Below are positions 57,564 to 64,000 of a DNA stretch of 64,000 bases, piece by piece; position 1 is the stretch's first letter; every line of letters begins with the position of its first letter. The notes beneath the pieces are model-generated. The model did no database searches, was not told where the DNA came from, and saw only the letters and a list, made by a program, of their open reading frames with translations. The translations under genes and the position numbers were made by a program. The DNA is from Bellilinea sp. (GTDB lineage: Bacteria > Chloroflexota > Anaerolineae > Anaerolineales > Anaerolineaceae), in the NCBI GenBank assembly GCA_039666315.1, contig JAVSME010000011.1, positions 19,971-83,970 on the forward strand. Direction: 5' to 3'.

Positions 57564-57590
57564 CCCGCGGCGATCCGCCCGCGGGTTTTT
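57564..57590 (+). terminator. Intrinsic terminator
   Basis: CCCGCGG-loop-CCGCGGG-TTTTT. Confidence 0.75.
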
Positions 57591-57652
57591 CATTCAGCGC
57601 AAAAGACTGAAAGGATTCGGTTATAATAAAAAATCTTCGTGGAGGTGAGGTT

Positions 57653-59464
57653 ATGAATCAGCAAAATCAAGAACGGTACGAAGACAGCGAACTATTCCGC
57701 ATTCGTCATTCGCTGTCGCATGTCATGGCGCAGGCGGTTCTGGAAATGTTCCCGGAAGCAAAATACACCATCGGACCTGCGGTGGAAAATGGTTTCTATT
57801 ACGATTTTGATCTGCCGCGCACTTTGACTCCCGAAGATCTTGAAAAAATCGAAAAACGGATGCGCCAGATCGTCGCCGGTCGTTATGATTTCGTTCGAAA
57901 AGTCATTTCAGCCGATGAGGCGCGCCAGATTTTTTCCAATCAACCTTACAAACTGGAATTAATCAATGATCTCGAACGGGGAGAAACCGATGAACACGGA
58001 CAACCCTTGGAAGAGAAACCGGAAATCTCCATCTACGCTCATGACAGGTTCGTGGATCTGTGCCGCGGACCGCACGTTGCCAACACGTCTCAAATCAACC
58101 CGTCTGCCTTCAAGCTGATGAGCGTGGCGGGCGCATACTGGCGCGGCGACGAAAAGAATGCGCAGCTGCAACGGGTATACGGCACCGCCTGGCGGTCGAA
58201 GGATGACCTGGAGCACTACCTGCAAATGTTGGAAGAAGCCCGCAAGCGGGATCACCGCAAATTAGGTAAAGAACTTGAAATTTATATCTATGACGACGAG
58301 GTGGGTCCCGGTCTGCCGCTTTGGATGCCGCGCGGCGGGGTGATTATTGATGAACTGGAAAAATTGGTGAAAGAAATGGAAGACGCCGCGGGATACCAGC
58401 GCGTGCGCACCCCTCATCTGACCAAAGAGGATCTGTTCAAGCGCAGCGGTCACCTTCCCTACTATGCCGAGAGCATGTACCCGCCGATGGAACTGGAAGG
58501 CGTGCGGTATTATGTAAAGCCGATGAACTGCCCGTTTCACCACAAAATTTTCGGCGCAAAGCCGCGCAGCTACCGCGACCTGCCGATCCGCCTGGCGGAA
58601 TATGGCACCTGCTACCGCTACGAAAAAAGCGGCGAACTGTTCGGGCTGATGCGGGTGCGCTCGATGCAGATGAATGACGCCCATATTTACTGCTCTGAGG
58701 AACAGTTCGAGCAGGAATTTTTGGGCGTGGTTGATCTGTACCGGAAGTACTTCACCCTGTTTGGGATCGAAAAATACGTCATGCGGCTCAGCACCCATCA
58801 CAGGCGCGGGTTGGGCAAAAAATACGTTGACAATGAGCGTCTGTGGCTGAAGACCGAGGACATGGTGCGGCGGGCAATGGACAACGGCCGCGTTCCGTAT
58901 GTCGAAGCCGCCGATGAAGCCGCGTTTTACGGTCCGAAGATTGATGTGCAAATCTGGAGCGCGATTGGGCGCGAGTTTTCCCTGGCGACCAACCAGGTGG
59001 ATTTTGCCGTGCCGGAACGCTTTGACCTGACCTTCGTCAACACCAACGGCGAACAGGAAACGCCGCTGTGCATTCATCGCGCCCCGCTCAGCACTCACGA
59101 GCGCATGGTCGGTTTTCTGCTCGAACATTACGCCGGAAATTTCCCGGTTTGGCTGGCTCCGGAACAGGTGCGCATCATCCCGATCACCGACGCGCATAAT
59201 GAATACGCCCTTGGATTGGAAAAGGAACTGCGCGCCGCGGGCATACGCGCGCAGGCGGACCTGGGCGCAGACCGGATGAATGCCAAGATCCGCGCCGCGC
59301 AGTTGTTAAAAATTCCGTATATGGCGGTTGTCGGCGATCAGGAAGTTAACAGCCGCAGCATTGCGCTGCGCCGGCGGGACGGCAGCCGCCAGAACGATCT
59401 TGGCGTGGGAGAATTTATTGCCCAGATGAAGGAACGCATACAAAACCGTTCGGCAGAATTGTGA
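57653..59464 (+). CDS. thrS: Threonine--tRNA ligase
   Basis: RHSLSH, DLCRGPH, RDHRKLG, KPMNCP, AAFYGPKID, IHRA. Confidence 0.98.
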   Translation: MNQQNQERYEDSELFRIRHSLSHVMAQAVLEMFPEAKYTIGPAVENGFYYDFDLPRTLTPEDLEKIEKRMRQIVAGRYDFVRKVISADEARQIFSNQPYKLELINDLERGETDEHGQPLEEKPEISIYAHDRFVDLCRGPHVANTSQINPSAFKLMSVAGAYWRGDEKNAQLQRVYGTAWRSKDDLEHYLQMLEEARKRDHRKLGKELEIYIYDDEVGPGLPLWMPRGGVIIDELEKLVKEMEDAAGYQRVRTPHLTKEDLFKRSGHLPYYAESMYPPMELEGVRYYVKPMNCPFHHKIFGAKPRSYRDLPIRLAEYGTCYRYEKSGELFGLMRVRSMQMNDAHIYCSEEQFEQEFLGVVDLYRKYFTLFGIEKYVMRLSTHHRRGLGKKYVDNERLWLKTEDMVRRAMDNGRVPYVEAADEAAFYGPKIDVQIWSAIGREFSLATNQVDFAVPERFDLTFVNTNGEQETPLCIHRAPLSTHERMVGFLLEHYAGNFPVWLAPEQVRIIPITDAHNEYALGLEKELRAAGIRAQADLGADRMNAKIRAAQLLKIPYMAVVGDQEVNSRSIALRRRDGSRQNDLGVGEFIAQMKERIQNRSAEL

Positions 59465-59574
59465 CCTTTTTTACCTGAAATTGGACGCGGAAGGTTTTCT
59501 GCAGGGATTGACAATTAAGCATTTTTCCTTGAAAATTCATTTTCATTTAATCCTTTCAGGAGGTGACGGTTCCA

Positions 59575-59955
59575 GTGAACGATCACATAAAACTTGGCGA
59601 TCATTTTATTTGCGACCTTTCGGACTGCGACCAGGAATTATTACTCAACCCCGAACGCGCCGCGGATCTATTCACCCGAGCAGTAAATGAAAGCGGTCTA
59701 ACGATTGTAAATAAAGGGTTTTACAAGTTTAATCCGCACGGTTTTACCTGTTTTTTACTGCTGGCTGAATCCCATGCCAGCCTGCACGCCTGGCCGGAAT
59801 TCGGGTACTGTGCCATTGACCTGTTCACCTGCAACCTGGAACTCGACATTTTGCCCTTAGTCAACCGATTACAGGGATTATTCTCCGCCAACGACTGTGC
59901 CGTTCGCCGTCTCGACCGGGCAGCCCAGATCAGCCTACCCGTTGTGATTCCATGA
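59575..59955 (+). CDS. speD: S-adenosylmethionine decarboxylase proenzyme
   Basis: LAE|SH self-cleavage site, H.WPE.G, IDLFTC. GTG at 59575 follows AGGAGG. Confidence 0.88.
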   Translation: MNDHIKLGDHFICDLSDCDQELLLNPERAADLFTRAVNESGLTIVNKGFYKFNPHGFTCFLLLAESHASLHAWPEFGYCAIDLFTCNLELDILPLVNRLQGLFSANDCAVRRLDRAAQISLPVVIP

Positions 59956-59965
59956 CAGGCAACGC

Positions 59966-60802
59966 ATGAGCGGCATCTGGTTCAGCGAACAATTGCATCC
60001 TTTCTACAAAAAATCGCTGCGGGTTAAAGCCCTGCTGGCAGATGAACAAACCACGTATCAGCGCATTCAGGTTTTGGAGTGCGATTTTTTCGGCAAGACT
60101 TTGATTCTGGACGGCATCATCCAGCTAACCGAGCGGGACAATGCCGGTTATCACGAGATGATCACCCACGTTCCCCTGCTGGCGCAAGGCGCGCCCCGCC
60201 GGGTATTGATTGTTGGCGGCGGCGACGGCGGCAGCCTGCAGCAAGTGTTGAAACACCCCACCGTCGAGGAAGCCGTGGTGTGCGAACTCGACCAACGGGT
60301 GGTGGAAATCAGCCGCCAGTACTTTAGCGCCTTTGGGGATGCGTGGACTGATCCGCGCGCCAGGCTGGTCATCCAGGATGCGTTTACCTACCTGGAAGGA
60401 GCGCACGAGAAATTCGATGTGATCATTTCCGATACCACCGACCCGGTGGGCATGGCAGAACGATTATTTAGTGAAGAATTCTACCGGTTGATGACAGCCG
60501 CGCTCAACCCGGGCGGGGCAATCGCCACCCAGTGCGAGCAGATGTTCTTCGATACGCAACTCATTGTGGATATTTACCGCTTTGCCCGCAGTCTGACCCG
60601 CTGCCCGTCGTATTATCACGCGCTCATTCCCACCTATCCCGGCGGAGGGATCGGCTTTATGTACCTTTCCGATACGTCCTGGACGGAAGGCTTGAAGCGG
60701 GAATACCCGCCCGGAATGCAATACCTCAACCGCGAAGTGCATCAGGCAGCCTTCGCTTTGCCCGAATTCTTCCGCAGCATTCTACAAGCCGAAACAGCTT
60801 AG
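59966..60802 (+). CDS. speE: Polyamine aminopropyltransferase (spermidine synthase)
   Basis: LDG.IQ.TE.D..YHEM..H, GGGDGG, D.TDP, PTYPGG. Confidence 0.93.
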   Translation: MSGIWFSEQLHPFYKKSLRVKALLADEQTTYQRIQVLECDFFGKTLILDGIIQLTERDNAGYHEMITHVPLLAQGAPRRVLIVGGGDGGSLQQVLKHPTVEEAVVCELDQRVVEISRQYFSAFGDAWTDPRARLVIQDAFTYLEGAHEKFDVIISDTTDPVGMAERLFSEEFYRLMTAALNPGGAIATQCEQMFFDTQLIVDIYRFARSLTRCPSYYHALIPTYPGGGIGFMYLSDTSWTEGLKREYPPGMQYLNREVHQAAFALPEFFRSILQAETA

Positions 60803-61536
60803 GCTTGGTTTACAGCGGTAACGGGACGGGCAGGCTTGCGCGCCCAGTGAATCGCCACCACCCCGAACATTTTGCGCTGGTAGTTGACCGCGCTAAAACC
60901 TGCCCGGTCAATTTCGGCTGCCAACGCCTCGGCGCTGAGAAAATTCTCGCTGCTGCTTGGCAGGTACACGTACGCATCTCGCTGCCCGGTTATAATGGTG
61001 CCCAGCAGCGGGATGACCCGCCGCATGTGAAAACGGATCAACGGCTCAAGCGGGCTGTTTGGCGGAAGCGGAGTGGTATCCAAGGTTACCCATCGCCCAC
61101 CGGGTTTGAGCACGCGAAATTGCTCGCGCAGCGCTTGCCCAAGGTCACTGACATTGCGCAACAAAAAGCCGGACACCAGGGCATCGAAGCAGCCATCCGG
61201 GTAAGGCAGGTTAAGCGCGTCTGCGGCGCACCAATCCGGCGCAATTCGACCACGTTGCTGCCCTGCCACCATCATGCCGAGGGTAAAATCTGCCGCGACT
61301 GCCTGGCAGCCGGGTTTTTGACGCAGCGCCTCGCGGGCTAAATCGCCGGTACCGGCGCCCAGGTCGAGCAAAAGCGCTTGAGGATTTAAATCCGCCCGCC
61401 GAATAACCTCCCGCCGCCAGGCAACATCCTGCCCGGCGGTCATCAGGCGGTTCATCATATCGTAACGCGGCGCAATGCGGCTGAACATGCGCTGAATGTA
61501 CTGCGCCCGGTCGCCGCTGCTTCGATCAGTCCTCAT
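60799..61536 (-). CDS. menG: Demethylmenaquinone methyltransferase (UbiE/MenG)
   Basis: MFSRIAPRYD.MNRLMT.G.D..WR, DLGAGTGD, LRNV, RVLKPGG, AY.YL..S. Confidence 0.88.
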   Translation of the reverse strand: MRTDRSSGDRAQYIQRMFSRIAPRYDMMNRLMTAGQDVAWRREVIRRADLNPQALLLDLGAGTGDLAREALRQKPGCQAVAADFTLGMMVAGQQRGRIAPDWCAADALNLPYPDGCFDALVSGFLLRNVSDLGQALREQFRVLKPGGRWVTLDTTPLPPNSPLEPLIRFHMRRVIPLLGTIITGQRDAYVYLPSSSENFLSAEALAAEIDRAGFSAVNYQRKMFGVVAIHWARKPARPVTAVNQA

Positions 61537-63214
61537 TTTGGAGCGGCACCCATGCCAGAATGGTGGTGCCCCCTCCCGGCTCGGAACTGATCTCCACATC
61601 ACCGCCCACGTTGCGGGCGCGGGTGTGCATGTTGGACAACCCGTGCCCAATGGTCAACTGCATTCTTTCCGGCTCGAATCCCCGCCCGTCGTCGGTAATT
61701 TCCATCAAGGCACGGTCTGCCGCTGACCAGAGGGTGATCGTCACACTGCGCGCGCGGGCATGTTTGGCGATATTTGCCAACGCTTCCTGGCAGATGTGAA
61801 ACAAAGCCACGGATTGGGTATCAAGCAGGTTCGCCATTTCATCGTCGGCACCTTGCAAGTTGACCGTCAGCAAGGTATTGGCGCGAAATTCCTGCACCAG
61901 GCGGCGAATTCCCTGCATTAAATTCTCGTTGTGCAGCTGGCGGGGACGCAAATCCAGGATGTAGGCACGAATATCCCGAATGGTGCTGTTTAGATCGCTG
62001 ATTGCCTGTTCGATGCGCTGGAGCATCCCCGGCGGGTCCTCCTTCACCAACAAACGGGCGTGCTCCAGGGTCAACCCGACGGCGTAAATGGATTGGATGA
62101 TGCCATCGTGCAGATCCATCCCAATCCGTTCGCGCTCCTCCAGCACTGCCAGGCGGCGCCCCTGCAGATTGAGGCGTACATTTTCGATCGCCGTTCCAAC
62201 CCAGGAACCGATCGTTGCCAGAAACTGAACTTCCATTTCATCCAAAGGGCGCGGGTGACAGGTAGCCACGCACAATACCCCGATAACGCCCTGCCGCCCG
62301 TTGATTGGCAGGCAGGCTACCTGGTGGAATTCGCCCAGCAATACATCGCGGTGCATACCACTGCCGCCGGCTTCCTTAATAGAAATCAGGCGCGGCTGGT
62401 TGACCTTGGCAACCTGACCGATTATGCCCTCCCCAAGGGTATACTGGTCACGCGCCCACAGCGCGCTCGCCTGCCGGCCGCGATGAATCACCAACTTTAA
62501 CTGGCGGCTGTTTTCCAGGCGCAGGTAGATCTCGCCCACCTCGATTTGCAGGTAATCCAGAACCTGAGTCAGGGCTTTATCCAAGATTTGTTCGATATCC
62601 GCAGAAGTTGCCAGGGTGGATGCCAGTTCGTTGAGCAGCGCCAGGTTTTCATTGCGCCGGGTAAGGATGCGGTCACGCTGGATCAATTGCTGGTACATGC
62701 GCGCATTACTGATCGCCACGGCGGCATACGCCGCCAGCATTTCGATCAGCAGTTGATCGTCAGCGGTGAATTCCGGCGCGCCGACCTTGTCGGTCAGGTA
62801 GATTTGCCCGATGTGCCGCCCGGCATGGCGGATGGGAATGCCGAGAAACGAGGACATCGCCGGGTGATTGGGTGGAAAACCCACGCTGCGCGGATCGGTG
62901 GTAATATCTGCCACCCGGATCGGCTCCTGGGCATGCATCAGCGCGCCAATCAAGCCCAACCCGCGCGGCGGGTGCGCCATGCGCGCCAGTTCTTGCTCGC
63001 TCATCCCTACCGGGATGAACGACTGAAGTTCACCATCCGCGCCCACCACGCCCACAGCCGCGTAGCGCGCGCCAGCCTGCTCGCACGCCAGCGAAGCGAT
63101 GCGCTCCAGCAGAGTTTCAAGCGAAATCTCCTGAACCAACTGTAAACTAGCCCGGTGTAAGGCTAACAGGCGTTCTTCTAATTGCTCGCGGGTAAGTTGG
63201 AGGATATTGGTCAC
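61526..63214 (-). CDS. DosS/DevS-like GAF-GAF histidine kinase (HisKA_3)
   Basis: GFPPNHPAMSSFLGIPI...G.IYLTDK in GAF-A, ERERIGMDLHD H-box, EALANIAKHA, DDGRGF. Confidence 0.9.
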   Translation of the reverse strand: MTNILQLTREQLEERLLALHRASLQLVQEISLETLLERIASLACEQAGARYAAVGVVGADGELQSFIPVGMSEQELARMAHPPRGLGLIGALMHAQEPIRVADITTDPRSVGFPPNHPAMSSFLGIPIRHAGRHIGQIYLTDKVGAPEFTADDQLLIEMLAAYAAVAISNARMYQQLIQRDRILTRRNENLALLNELASTLATSADIEQILDKALTQVLDYLQIEVGEIYLRLENSRQLKLVIHRGRQASALWARDQYTLGEGIIGQVAKVNQPRLISIKEAGGSGMHRDVLLGEFHQVACLPINGRQGVIGVLCVATCHPRPLDEMEVQFLATIGSWVGTAIENVRLNLQGRRLAVLEERERIGMDLHDGIIQSIYAVGLTLEHARLLVKEDPPGMLQRIEQAISDLNSTIRDIRAYILDLRPRQLHNENLMQGIRRLVQEFRANTLLTVNLQGADDEMANLLDTQSVALFHICQEALANIAKHARARSVTITLWSAADRALMEITDDGRGFEPERMQLTIGHGLSNMHTRARNVGGDVEISSEPGGGTTILAWVPLQNED

Positions 63215-63379
63215 GGGTTCTTCCTGCTCTTATGGAGGTATTGTAATCGAATTATGCTTTCCCCGCAATTTAAGGGTCATACCTGCCACATGCTTCTGCT
63301 TTGTGCGCCAGATTGGGAGTCGTAATTCCCTCAGGAGCGGGCTATAATACAAATATCACGGGAAGAAAGGGAGAAACCT

Positions 63380-64000
63380 ATGGAAGATCAACAATTGAAA
63401 AGCCATCAGCGCATCAATGACATTCTATTAGGTCCGTTGGAGCGCCCGGCATTAGCCTGGCTGGCGCGCAAAATGCCCGCCTGGGTCACTCCGGATTTAC
63501 TAACCGGACTTGGCTTTGCTGCCAGCATTCTCATCTTCGTTTCTTACTGGCTGACCTCTTACAGCAAGTACTTTCTCCTGCTGGCATCCCTTGGATTTAT
63601 TCTCAACTGGTTCGGCGACAGTCTGGATGGCACCCTGGCACGGCACCGGAAAATCGAGCGACCACGATACGGTTTTTTCATTGACCATATTACCGATACC
63701 TTCAGCGAAATTCTAGTTTTTATCGGCATTGGGCTTTCACCGTATGTGGATTTCCACATCGCCCTGATCGGATTGATCAGTTACCTGAATATTTCCATCC
63801 TGGTCTATCTGATCATGGTCACGCGGGGCGTCTTCAAAATATCGCTCTGGAAAATTGGGCCAACCGAGATTCGCATGCTGGCAATCCTGGCAAACATTGC
63901 GGTTTTCTTTGTCGGCAATCCCATCTGGAGTACCCCAGTCGGGCAAATATCGCTGTATAACACCTTCGTGATCTTCGTCACGGCACTGCTTCTGGTCTTT
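63380..64000 (+). CDS. CDP-alcohol phosphatidyltransferase (runs off the window end)
   Basis: Not in the ORF track. Manual translation MEDQQLKSHQR...TPD.LT...GDSLDGTLARHRKIERPRYGFFIDHITD contains the DG..AR...G...D...D motif. Confidence 0.9.
   Translation, partial: MEDQQLKSHQRINDILLGPLERPALAWLARKMPAWVTPDLLTGLGFAASILIFVSYWLTSYSKYFLLLASLGFILNWFGDSLDGTLARHRKIERPRYGFFIDHITDTFSEILVFIGIGLSPYVDFHIALIGLISYLNISILVYLIMVTRGVFKISLWKIGPTEIRMLAILANIAVFFVGNPIWSTPVGQISLYNTFVIFVTALLLVF

Noticed and set aside
57525-57652. T-box leader for thrS (also checked upstream of glyQS)
   Set aside because: No GGTGGxACCGCG T-box motif and too little space. The hairpin present terminates the upstream gene.
58262-59197. 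Long antisense ORFs (this 311-aa one; also 27786-28625, 48753-49613)
   Set aside because: They are shadow frames of conserved genes in GC-rich DNA and have no recognisable motifs.
63314-63334. DevR/DosR box upstream of the DosS-like kinase (GGGAG-N6-TTCCC)
   Set aside because: Half-site spacing differs from the mycobacterial consensus and no cognate regulator is in view.

Overview
About 64 kb of moderately GC-rich bacterial chromosome. Gene content (fused glyQS, multi-GAF kinases, DUF4388-GTPase pair, Flp pilin, Pro/Thr-rich lipoproteins) points to an Anaerolineae-type Chloroflexota genome; this is inference only. Most of it is housekeeping or metabolic: dps, a Fur/PerR regulator, menA, ftsK, metK with a SAM-I riboswitch, SRP RNA, tRNA-Val(CAC), glyQS, ferritin, rhodanese-SufE, a Kbl-like enzyme, a serA-like dehydrogenase, icd, ppk1, thrS, speD/speE and menG. 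The best candidate for an undescribed system is a co-oriented 13.3 kb signalling cluster (28815-42104). It encodes a DUF4388/wHTH protein, an MglA/CvnD-like small GTPase with no roadblock partner, an active alpha/beta hydrolase, a V4R protein, a degenerate nucleotidyltransferase-LbH protein, a REC-degenerate GGDEF regulator, a 2314-aa ten-GAF histidine kinase, a single-domain receiver, and a paralogous hydrolase lacking its catalytic serine. Other oddities: two 83-bp tandem repeats built from the tRNA-Val 3' end with a hairpin inserted in the T-arm, a back-to-back junction of a 5'-truncated pstB and a start-less Flp pilin, and an orphan DosS-like heme-GAF kinase overlapping menG. No CRISPR array, rRNA, transposase or integrase was seen. 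All family calls come from motif recognition by eye, not database searches.
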